Below are positions 9,957 to 19,381 of a DNA stretch of 33,703 nt, in pieces. Origin of the DNA: Nitrososphaeraceae archaeon (GTDB lineage Archaea > Thermoproteota > Nitrososphaeria > Nitrososphaerales > Nitrososphaeraceae); assembly GCA_025449515.1 (NCBI GenBank), contig JANWJI010000043.1, positions 1 through 33,703 of the forward strand. Reading direction: 5' to 3'. The translations under genes were made by a program, and so were the position numbers. Each line of letters begins with the position of its first letter. Within the stretch, counting starts at the first letter, position 1. The notes under the pieces are model-generated. The model had not been told where the DNA came from and made no database searches. It saw nothing but the letters and a program-made list of their open reading frames with translations.

Positions 9957-11327
9957 CTATCCATAAGTTTGCATTATGCTTGCCATGCATTTAGTAGCTT
10001 TATTGATCAAATCCAATCTAGCGAATTCATTAGGAGAATGAGATCTATTGTATTTGTATGATCCTCCTATGCAAATACATGGTGCACCGAGTATTTTCTT
10101 AAAATGATACATTGGACCCGAGCCTGCAGAAGAGACGCTAATCACTGCTTTGCCAAAGGTTTCAGTCGCGGCACTTTTAACTGACTTTACAAATGGATTG
10201 TTTATTGATGTCCTGGCAGGCCTCTCGCCATCAATCATCTTCAATTCTATGGAGTTTTCAAATCCCCTTTCTACAAGATGGTTCTGAAAGCGAGCGAATT
10301 GTTTCTCAGGATCCATGTCTGGGACTAGTCTAAATTCTAACCTCGCCATCGCCTTGGCAGGCAATACTGTCTTGCTGCCCTGACCAGTATAACCAGATGA
10401 TAAGCCACATATATTACAAGTGGGTTTCTCAATCAGAGCCTTTCGGAGTTCAACTCCATCCAAGTTATTGACAAATTTCTTTATTCCGTATTCATTCTTA
10501 AAATCATCTTCATCAAATGGTTCATTTTCTATAATACGAATCTCTTCTTCCGTCGTAATCCTTATGTCTCTGTACCATTCATTGATCAAAATCCTTCCGT
10601 TCTTATCACAGATCGTGTCTAAGGCACACACTAATATCCAAGCAGGGTTTTCCACCAAAACTGCCAAACTAGAATGAATGTCATGAGATGGACCTCTTGC
10701 GACTAGATCTACAGACAATATTCCCTTTAGTCCCAAATGTATAACCGCCCTATCCTTCGAATCTACGAGTCCAAATTCCCAAATTATTCCATCGCAAGCA
10801 AATTTCTTCTTGTATTTGGTAAGAAATTCTTGAATATGTAAACTTCCTATCTCCTCTTCTCCCTCGACAATAAATTTTATGTTACATGGAACATCTCCTG
10901 TCTCCTTCAAATAATATTCAACAGCCTTAATTCGAGTAATTAATTCCCCTTTATCGTCGGATGAACCACGCCCAAAAATGTAATTACCGTCAACATCGCC
11001 ACTGAATGGATCTGCATTATTCCATAATTCGACAGGTCCTTCTGGTTGGACGTCATAATGATTGTAAAATAATATAGTCTTGCCTGATGGATTTGATCGT
11101 GATTTAACCTCACCGAATACTATCGGAGGTACATCACCCTCTCGATCATTTAAATAAATTAACTCAGTTTTGATATTAGCTTTAGTCATAATTGCTGCCA
11201 CAAGATTTGCACATCTGACGAGGTTTTGTTTATTTGAGGCACTGCTTGGTTGTCGAATTAGAATTTGAAGATCATGTATGATATCATGCATATTGCAATC
11301 AATGGCACAATTTACCTTCATGATCAT
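9957..11327 (-). CDS. M20-family metallopeptidase (ArgE/DapE/dipeptidase-like)
   Basis: The 456-aa product carries M20 motifs: LFYNHYDVQPEGP, DPFSG..DGNYIFGRGSSDDKGEL and IKFIVEGEEEIGS. A dimerisation/lid domain and a C-terminal catalytic half follow. Confidence 0.85.
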   Translation of the reverse strand: MIMKVNCAIDCNMHDIIHDLQILIRQPSSASNKQNLVRCANLVAAIMTKANIKTELIYLNDREGDVPPIVFGEVKSRSNPSGKTILFYNHYDVQPEGPVELWNNADPFSGDVDGNYIFGRGSSDDKGELITRIKAVEYYLKETGDVPCNIKFIVEGEEEIGSLHIQEFLTKYKKKFACDGIIWEFGLVDSKDRAVIHLGLKGILSVDLVARGPSHDIHSSLAVLVENPAWILVCALDTICDKNGRILINEWYRDIRITTEEEIRIIENEPFDEDDFKNEYGIKKFVNNLDGVELRKALIEKPTCNICGLSSGYTGQGSKTVLPAKAMARLEFRLVPDMDPEKQFARFQNHLVERGFENSIELKMIDGERPARTSINNPFVKSVKSAATETFGKAVISVSSAGSGPMYHFKKILGAPCICIGGSYKYNRSHSPNEFARLDLINKATKCMASIMQTYG

Positions 11328-11424
11328 TTATTGCTTATATAATGTAATAAGAAGTAATAATATTTTCCAGTTAATCTTTGTCTTAGAGGTATTTTCTCCA
11401 ATATTATAAATAATCAATAAATAC

Positions 11425-11961
11425 ATGCGAATACTCTTACCATATGAACAGAAAATAGAGCATAATATTATTATATATTCAAATATTGTAGATCTTGTAG
11501 ATATTTACACAAATTATTGCAAAAATGCACTCTCTTCAAATGAAATCGTTCTGATTTCATCGCACTACGAATCTGCGGCCAGGATATTTGAAATTTTGAA
11601 GGATAATATCAATTCCATCGAAACATATAAGGCAAATGGTTCACTCGTGATCGTGAATTCGACAAGAGCATACTTTGGCCTAAAAAATGATTTTGTAGGA
11701 ATGATGATAATGCTAAAAATGTTGCTCACACGTAGAACTAAGTTATCCAAAGATGGAATAATGGTGATCTCTGACATGGGAAATTTTTTCCATCCTCTCT
11801 TAAGGATCAATGACCTTTTCAGACATGAAGAGGAAATATCCTCTGCTACATCTTTGCAATTTAGATTTTACTGCAGTTATTCTACATTTGATTTAGATTC
11901 CTTTAGCAAAGACCAAGAGCAGGAACTAATGAAAAAGCATAATAGACTTATTAATTTATGA
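11425..11961 (+). CDS. Hypothetical protein, possible MEDS-like sensory domain
   Basis: This 178-aa ORF is divergent from the M20 gene. Its pattern (HNIIIYSN...NEIVLISSHYESAARIFEILKD...GSLVIVNSTRAYF...FYCSYSTFDL...HNRLI) resembles the MEDS layout (H-x-x-x-x-Y ... E ... C-x-Y ... H). The resemblance was judged by eye only. Confidence 0.4.
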   Translation: MRILLPYEQKIEHNIIIYSNIVDLVDIYTNYCKNALSSNEIVLISSHYESAARIFEILKDNINSIETYKANGSLVIVNSTRAYFGLKNDFVGMMIMLKMLLTRRTKLSKDGIMVISDMGNFFHPLLRINDLFRHEEEISSATSLQFRFYCSYSTFDLDSFSKDQEQELMKKHNRLINL

Positions 11962-12196
11962 GACGGGGTTTGTAGATACATTAATAGAGCGAAACAACTG
12001 TAATGTAATAGCATGCGGTTGTCTCTTATCAGATATCGGCTTATGCGGATGAGGAGGATATCTAAGAATAAGCTTTTCCTGATCGTTAGGTCTCTCATAT
12101 TTTTCTACCTTAGCATTAAAATCAAGCTTGGATGGGTTTAGATAAAGAATATCTCCCAATGGTGTGGTCTAGTAAGCCAATACTAAAAAAGTATAG

Positions 12197-12502
12197 TCAT
12201 GGCCTATACCAATTTGAAAAGTTGCTTTCTTCTGATCTATTTCTTGACCAAATCCTTTGTTTCCACAAATACTTTATCAGGAGGAAATGCTTTGCAATAA
12301 AGCCAAGAGATATCGAAATCGCGCCACCCGCAAGAAATCGTAAGCCGATAATTTTGAATCCATCAGCTTCTTCACTAATAGATATGAAATTACTTCCGAT
12401 GAAGATACAAACTATTCCAAAGGCCAGAATTATTATGCCCGCTATCAAGAAGGGCTTAAACAGCATCGCGGACTCGTTATTAGATTTAGTCATTGGCCCC
12501 AC
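12197..12502 (-). CDS. Small two-TM membrane protein (hypothetical)
   Basis: The 101-aa product has two clear hydrophobic helices (FLIAGIIILAFGIVCIFIG, FLAGGAISISLGFIA). The overlapping plus-strand ORF 12132..12515 has antisense-like composition. Confidence 0.4.
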   Translation of the reverse strand: MGPMTKSNNESAMLFKPFLIAGIIILAFGIVCIFIGSNFISISEEADGFKIIGLRFLAGGAISISLGFIAKHFLLIKYLWKQRIWSRNRSEESNFSNWYRP

Positions 12503-13906
12503 ACTAGTAATATGACTCGACTAATTAAATTATTTAGGTCATAATCTTCGCTCGTCTGAGCGGACTATGAACAATCATTGAAAATTTAGATTCCCTTTTC
12601 AATATGAAACAGATATCGTATGAATATCAAGATGCATCAACAGTTAAGTATGTTCCAAATTCGCATGGAGGTCGTGCTATTTATCGTCGCTATGTTAATT
12701 CCTTTCAGATCTCCTAACAACTTCAGGTAGAGCATTTCCATCGTCAGACGACAAACGAGGTTCGTTTTTACAGTTAAATATGAGAGAGCGTAAAGTAACA
12801 ATCTCAAAGGGCTTTTAACTCATTAAGGGGAATTCTTAACCTCAGAGCGAGAACTGAAATTTGTCGTCATGTTCGATATCCTTCGAATATGCATTGAACA
12901 AACCAAACGATCTATTTCAACCGTCGATTCATCAGTTGGTTATATAGATTCTCTATAAATCCAGTGATTTCTCTCACTGGAAAGGTTAGAATATGTCAGC
13001 TCAGCATTTAGGGCAGTAACGTGCAGATTTCAATAAATCCGATTACTTTTACGACTTGTCCTGAGATGAAAATATGTATCTATTAATATAGCCGTCTTTT
13101 GGGTTTACTATTTCCAAAAGGCTCCAATTTAGCAATTATCGACCGCAGAAAACTAACTAAATACTAGAAGTAGACGACTCATCCTCATAGGTCAACGCTA
13201 TAGACATAGGACCAATTTCGCTCATACAAATTTTCATATTATCTTTCGATGGGGCGAGTTAATGTTTGAATCCCTTAAGTTTTCAATGCCTCACTTTTGG
13301 AGGTATTTAATCCCATTTATGATTTTGACAAGATACTCTTGATCGCAGCGACTGCAGTCACTGCACAGTAACTGCAATATATCATCCTTGTATTGTAGAA
13401 ACAGGACTTGGATTTTCCTCGTGAGATATATATGGCCTAAGTTAAGTGGAGAGGGGTTTGACTAGATGACAAGGTTAGGAATATTTCACTTGCAAAGTCC
13501 ATCACTAAATAGCGAACCTGTTCATGCCCGGTACTATTCTGAAGTTCCCAAGGTGGTTAAGTCCTCTTCATATCACGTGTCATAATACGAGGCTGATTTC
13601 CAGATCTGCCTCTAGGTGAAAGCGCTTGATTCTCCAAATTAGCGTGATCTCGATTTAATTTCCGAAACTGGAATTCGATCTTTTGGTTTTTACCTCAACT
13701 TTCATGTGTTATTTCGATCTCAATACTCATCACAAATATCGTTCCCGAGGCCGAGTTGACAAATTCCCAGTTGTGCTTCTTACGTAGAATACGCAAACAA
13801 CAATCCATACAAAATTATTAAATGCCAAAAACGGCTTATGAGTATACTTATGTGCGAAGATCAGAGAATTGACAAACGGGTAATTTCAGGGATTCCCATA
13901 CTACGT

Positions 13907-14236
13907 CTATTTCTTAACCGCTTTTCCCGAGTAATACTCCATGAAATCCTGGGAAAAGTCTGCAGTTTCCGCGATGCTGAGTTGGTTGTTTGTGGATTGT
14001 TCCTTAATCCAAATAATATTTCCGTCAAGATCAATCTCTATTTTTTTCGAATTCTTCAGGTATCTCAGAATTGCGTTAATCATATCTAGGTTCAGTTTTG
14101 GGGCTAACAGTTTTTGTAAATTTCTCACCTTAGGGTAGCCATCTACCTTTCTTAAGGTTGCTAGGAACAGGTCCAAGTGTTCATCTCTAAATTCTCCTGG
14201 CGATGTAATTTTATTTTTTCTTCCCTTATTTTTCAA
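13907..14236 (-). CDS. Small basic protein with a putative winged-helix fold (hypothetical)
   Basis: The 109-aa product has a Lys/Arg-rich N-terminus. The segment LNLDMINAILRYLKNSKKIEIDLDGNIIWI looks like a recognition helix plus wing. No family assignment is possible by eye. Confidence 0.4.
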   Translation of the reverse strand: MKNKGRKNKITSPGEFRDEHLDLFLATLRKVDGYPKVRNLQKLLAPKLNLDMINAILRYLKNSKKIEIDLDGNIIWIKEQSTNNQLSIAETADFSQDFMEYYSGKAVKK

Positions 14237-14800
14237 TTTAAATCGTTATCACCACATAATAATTAGGAGCAACATTAAACCCAAATATACTAAATGAAGT
14301 CTCTCATATTAACCAACAACAACCACTGTAATTAAGCATCCTCGCTTCGATATAGCCGCCATTTAAGTTGATGACCTATACCTTGCTTTGATGATTATAA
14401 CGAATCCGTTCGAGCTTATAATTAAGATAGATATATTCAGCACGGTATATTTTATGAGCATTACGAGTTTAAGTTCTACAAAGCTATTTACTGTCCAGAT
14501 ACTATTAATGGTATAATCGCGGGAGTTTATGACAAATACGGTCTCAAATTTCTGTAGGGATGTCAAAATCAGGACGATTTGACGTAAGATTTGGTGAGAA
14601 AATAAGACATCTGGTAATGGAGTAACTAAACTTAAATCCACCTTTAGATGGGATTCATTCATTTCACGATACTCATTCCCTGAGAGAGGAACACACTAAT
14701 CCCATTATTACTAACAAGCTTGGAGAGTCACTCTCTGCTGAAATTCGAACTGGAGTATAATTCCGATAGATAAGATGCATTATCACAACAGGATTAAGAA

Positions 14801-15184
14801 TTATTTAGATTTGGAGACTATGTCGCCGTCGATGTGCTCAACAAAATATGTTGAACCATCTTTCTTATTTTGAACTTTCCATGCAAAATAGTTGCCACCG
14901 CTAATGGTGGAAGTTGCGGTACCTAGATATTGCCCAATGGAATTCGAATTTGCATTAGATTCATAAAATTCACCATTTCCTTTAATATAGACATAACCCA
15001 CCGCAAAATCTTTTGGACTAAGATGCATTGAATTATTTTGGGCGATAACTATAGAAATGGCGGCTTCTGGCGGGATGGGAATTCGGTTGATAGTCGGCTG
15101 ATCAAGTGAACCCGTTAAGGCCAAATAGACTATGATCGTTGCACCGATTCCTATTCCGAGAGATAGGATCACTTTTTTATCCAA
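14801..15184 (-). CDS. Signal-anchored extracellular hypothetical protein
   Basis: The 127-aa product has an N-terminal TM (VILSLGIGIGATIIVYLAL) followed by a small beta-rich domain, with a vague PepSY-like feel. Confidence 0.5.
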   Translation of the reverse strand: MDKKVILSLGIGIGATIIVYLALTGSLDQPTINRIPIPPEAAISIVIAQNNSMHLSPKDFAVGYVYIKGNGEFYESNANSNSIGQYLGTATSTISGGNYFAWKVQNKKDGSTYFVEHIDGDIVSKSK

Positions 15185-15873
15185 TCTTAATTATTCATGT
15201 AAAATATTCAAATATAAATCTAAGATTTATTCACGTTCGAAACATAGTCCTAACACGCGCCTCGCACTGATTAAGAGATCCAGGAATTTGCAAAGATCTA
15301 AATGAGGGCTCATTGTTCCGTACCTCTTACAGTTCGTCAATTTAGCTGTCTAATTCTAATCGTTTTGAACAGGATAGGAGATATTTGAGCATCACCCTCG
15401 AGCCTAATTTGTAATACGAAATGTACAAGACTCCTCTTCACCAAGTTTAAATAGATATGTAGTGTGCTGTGAATATCGGATCATGCCGACCCTAAGCGGT
15501 ACTATAATGCGTAGCAGCAATATAATTCATGCAACGGGGATAGATACAACTCACAATGCATGATTTTTAGCATATCACAATTTGTCATTGATGTACTAAT
15601 GATCGCTAACAAGAGTAATACCGCTAAATATAATTAATAGAATTTATTATTTTGACAGGCTTTGTCCCAACTACATTGAGATTTTGTGTTCGTGACTTTC
15701 TTCCAGATTCTTAAAGCACAAGTCCAGTTGACTTATTTTTATCATTCTAAATCGAAGTCATGTTGTTGTATCCTCTATTATTTTGGCATAATTCGATTAA
15801 TTGTTTAGATATAAACATGAAAAGTGAATCTGTCTCAGCCAGTATGAATACCGTGGTGGAGATCGATATTCTG

Positions 15874-16896
15874 TTAATAATGTTCCGCGTTCGCGAAGCG
15901 ACCGCTATTTACGCTAGTTCTATTATATTTTCGCGCGATTCCATTCATAGTGAGCCAAACGACAGACGCGATGCTCAATCCCATAATGAATGTTCTAATG
16001 AACTCAGAAATTGTATTTTGGAATGTATCAATAGAATTCCTATTTCGAATATTCTTGTCATTAACAACTTGCAAACTGCCTAAATCCAACAAAATGGATG
16101 ACCCTTCATACATGAAGTCTCCTGCATATTTCAACTGGACATTCTTCAGGCTATTAACAAGATTCGTCGAATTACTATATGTTATATATTGTTGAATAGG
16201 AATTACTGCTTTGCCGCTATGATTCGTGACTGCTGTGATTCTTCTCCCGTTTGTTGCATCTACTAATTGTATGAGAGATTTCGAAATCCCATCATTAAGA
16301 TCCTCTTTATCAACAAGGGTTGTTGACAGAAAACCATCGCTTTTATTCTTAATATTGGGACCAATGTGTCTATCAATGGAAATGACACTACCATGTCGCT
16401 GTACTTCAATCGCGTATGTTTCACTGTGTATGCTATGGCTCTCATCACTGTTCGCTTCATATATTTTCAAGTTATTGGTGCTTCTTAACATTGCCGTCAA
16501 TTTGTGAGGATTAGACTTGCTCGCCGAGGCAGAGTAGATATGATATATAGGTCCCCACTTACCATTGCTTGAAGTTATTGGGATGCCTTGAGATTGACTA
16601 CCATCTCCCCAATCAACATCTACTTGGTAATCTCTTAAATGAGCATGTTTTGTTACGCCTATTACTCCCACCTGGTCGATTCCCCATCTAGGTGATGTGT
16701 TACCCACGAAGGCAATCGTTATAGAAGGAATGCTCTTTGCTGAGACTTCAATTACCCCATTTACAAGGTATCCTAAAACGAGCAAAGAAAAACCAAATAA
16801 TGAGAGAAATACCACCTTATGTGATAGTATAGGTTCTACATGCAAAAAGCGCGAAGCAAGGAATGCAAGTCTTCTTACTCGTAAGATCTCGTTCAC
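15874..16896 (-). CDS. Cell-surface protein with a PKD-like domain and a C-terminal TM anchor
   Basis: The 340-aa product has an N-terminal TM (VVFLSLFGFSLLVLGYLV), a PKD-type motif (VDVDWGDGSQSQ) and a C-terminal hydrophobic helix (FIMGLSIASVVWLTM) followed by basic residues. Confidence 0.55.
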   Translation of the reverse strand: MNEILRVRRLAFLASRFLHVEPILSHKVVFLSLFGFSLLVLGYLVNGVIEVSAKSIPSITIAFVGNTSPRWGIDQVGVIGVTKHAHLRDYQVDVDWGDGSQSQGIPITSSNGKWGPIYHIYSASASKSNPHKLTAMLRSTNNLKIYEANSDESHSIHSETYAIEVQRHGSVISIDRHIGPNIKNKSDGFLSTTLVDKEDLNDGISKSLIQLVDATNGRRITAVTNHSGKAVIPIQQYITYSNSTNLVNSLKNVQLKYAGDFMYEGSSILLDLGSLQVVNDKNIRNRNSIDTFQNTISEFIRTFIMGLSIASVVWLTMNGIARKYNRTSVNSGRFANAEHY

Positions 16897-17686
16897 GGAT
16901 GATAAATAAGGTTGGTTTCTATTTTGCTTAACTGTTATTTGTCTATGAATTATTCACATCGTTAATTAGAGAAAATTAATGCTAACCATAAACTGTAACG
17001 AAGACATAACTGAATAGTATTTTTCAGTAAACAAGTTCTGACTAATATGTACTTATGATTTCGTACATATAATCTTAAGTCGAATTAATATCGGCGTAGA
17101 ATTATTTTAAAATTTTGACGCAAATTGCTTTCTATGTTTCGTGTCGCTAAAAAAGCACATAATTAACGTTGTTCACCTCGATAAAAAACAAAAATGATAT
17201 AAGCAATTGGATCTGGCTACATTTTCAATCTGCTTACTCTCTTTTCGATTCTTGTGTTCTTTTTTGCAATACTAATAGTGATTCAAGAGTACACGCTGAA
17301 AATCGTATTCAACCAGCATTAACTAAAATGCGCTCTTGTAGACCAAGCTGTCAGACAGAATATAGTAGGACTTCTAGATAATTTTGGAAACACGCACGTC
17401 ACAACCAATAGAGTCTTTTAGTAAAAGACAGAAACGATAGAGAACATATGAGATATTAGTGCAAAGGACTTACGTATATGCATCTGCTCATGACAATAAG
17501 ACGGCACAGGTTGACTCTGTTACGAGTCCAGCTATACCTATGATTAAGCTCGACGAAAAAGTAGCGTTTAGAGCCGTGCCTCATCCGTGAGTGGCCTCGA
17601 TTATTAGATTTTATACTTGCGAAGACATCGATCTCCACCCAGATATGAATTACCTTAGAGATAGGCAAGGACAAATTTACCGAATT

Positions 17687-17837
17687 CGATATACATGGAA
17701 TTGTTAGAAGTAGTGATCTTAAGTCGAATTAAGATATAGATATTTTAGTCTTGGCAAAAGGCACGATTTACATGGAATAGTTAGAAGTAGTGATCTTAAG
17801 TCGAATTAAGATATAGATATTTTAGTCTTGGCAAAAG
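17687..17837. repeat. Tandem direct duplication, 2 units with a 77-nt period, in a long intergenic spacer
   Basis: Unit cores 17692..17760 and 17769..17837 (TACATGGAAT(T/A)GTTAGAAGTAGTGATCTTAAGTCGAATTAAGATATAGATATTTTAGTCTTGGCAAAAG) differ at about one position over 69 nt. Confidence 0.9.
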
Positions 17838-18333
17838 ACACTATAATCCCGAATGTGGATCCATGAGTATGAAAATTATCGATCCATATCGTCCATCCAT
17901 TTCGGGAGTGATCTATGGCGATGCACACAATAAAGGTGTAATCGTCAAAGCTCTAAATTCAAAGACCGCATATCTGAACTTTTTTCGTATCAGTCGGAGA
18001 TCGCAAAGTATAGATGAGGAATAAATCATTCGACTTGAATTGAATCATGATATCACTGTCATGAAGTACTCGGATAAAGACTCAAATAGAAATCTAATGA
18101 AACTACTGCATATACCAAATTCATTGAAAAATCTGCCTATTAAAGTGTTGACTAACTTGATAAAAATATTGAATTTGCCCATGCTCATAAAATCTATCTG
18201 AATCAGGATTAATCATTAGATAACCTTAGAAAGAATATCGATTAATTTTACATAGAAAAACCTCTCAGAATGTTGTAATTATTTATAAGTATTAAACGAT
18301 AGGTAAAATAACCACATAAGCATTGATCCCTTT

Positions 18334-18933
18334 ATGCTGTTAAAGATATTGGGTGTCGGCGGCAGCATGCGAGAAACCTCACGCAGTACCCTCGCATTAA
18401 AGATCATATTGGAGGCTGGAAAGACATATGGTGCAGAAACTCGACTACTTGATTTGCGAAAACATCCTTTACCATTTTATGATCCTAACAGATATCATGA
18501 TGATACCGACAGACATGATATTCGAAGGATTACCGATGACGTGAATTGGGCTGACGCTCTAATACTAGCATCCCCAGATTATCACGGTTCTATGTCAGGT
18601 ACAATAAAGAATTTTCTCGATCATTTTTGGTGGGAGTTCGCGGGCAAAACATTTGCCTACGTTTGCACGTCACACGAAAGGGGCTTGACAGTCATGGATC
18701 AGATGCGGACAGCTGTGCGACAATGTTATGGATGGAGTATGCCATATGGAGCGGCGATTAATGGCGACCATGATTTTAATGAAAATGGAAACATAACAAA
18801 CCTTGCTGTGGAGAGACGCCTGAGAATGCTCGCTCGAGACTTGGTTATTTACGGTAGAATAATAAGAGAACAATTTCAAAATGATCTAGCTAGTAGTGAG
18901 GTTGCGACATTTGCGGCCCAGTATAGAAAGTAA
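18334..18933 (+). CDS. NAD(P)H-dependent FMN reductase (flavodoxin-like fold)
   Basis: The 199-aa product carries FMN_red-family motifs: KILGVGGSMRETSRS, ADALILASPDYHGSMSGTIKNFLD. Confidence 0.85.
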   Translation: MLLKILGVGGSMRETSRSTLALKIILEAGKTYGAETRLLDLRKHPLPFYDPNRYHDDTDRHDIRRITDDVNWADALILASPDYHGSMSGTIKNFLDHFWWEFAGKTFAYVCTSHERGLTVMDQMRTAVRQCYGWSMPYGAAINGDHDFNENGNITNLAVERRLRMLARDLVIYGRIIREQFQNDLASSEVATFAAQYRK

Positions 18934-19347
18934 ATTAGCACAAGATCCAGCTAACATGGTCAGATACCTCTAGGGATGTTTTCCCCCAAGAATTAGTATA
19001 GCGAATCCTTCATATTTCTTGTAGATCCTATTTATCTTACATGGCTGGAGCAAATTCCTAATTAAATGTATATTCGATAAATAATTCAATCTAAAATGAC
19101 ATTTACGGCTACAAAAGATCTCTCATTTTATGGACTTTTTTTTGATTCTACATGTCAATAGCCTAGCTGCCATGTTAGTGGCCGAAGCGATACTCTTAAA
19201 ATTTATTCTCAATCTATAAGCACTTTACCATGTCGTCATTACTTTGTTCGATTTCATGAATTCAGCGACCTTGATAATATTAGACTATATACTTCTACTA
19301 AAAGGCACTTATCCGCAACTTAATTAAAGTTCACTCAGATTTGATGC

Positions 19348-19357
19348 TTTTTATACA
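19348..19357 (+). promoter_or_regulatory. Putative TATA box upstream of hel308
   Basis: TTTTTATACA is centred about 29 nt upstream of ATG 19382. An AGGTG (SD-like) motif at 19372..19376 is an alternative initiation signal, so the transcript start is uncertain. Confidence 0.35.
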
Positions 19358-19381
19358 CAATAATCATTAGAAGGTGTCAAT

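Noticed and set aside
11877-12515. ORFs 12132..12515 (+), 11956..12159 (-) and 11877..12098 (-)
   Set aside because: The plus-strand ORF is antisense to a more plausible two-TM protein. The two small minus-strand ORFs overlap each other and the end of 11425..11961, with no motif or coupling signal. None can be supported.
14363-14662. Minus-strand 99-aa ORF
   Set aside because: It has no start context, no motifs and an odd Ile/Leu/Ser/Asn-rich composition. Evidence is insufficient to call a CDS.
17687-17837. Possible CRISPR array
   Set aside because: There are only two repeat units separated by an 8-nt junction, with no spacer-sized unique inserts and no cas genes anywhere in the window. It is a simple tandem duplication.
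17456-18024. Small ORFs flanking the tandem repeat: 17456..17674 (-) and a 53-aa ORF at 17863..18024 (+)
   Set aside because: No recognisable domains. They may be chance ORFs in an AT-rich spacer. They are noted only as context for the repeat finding.
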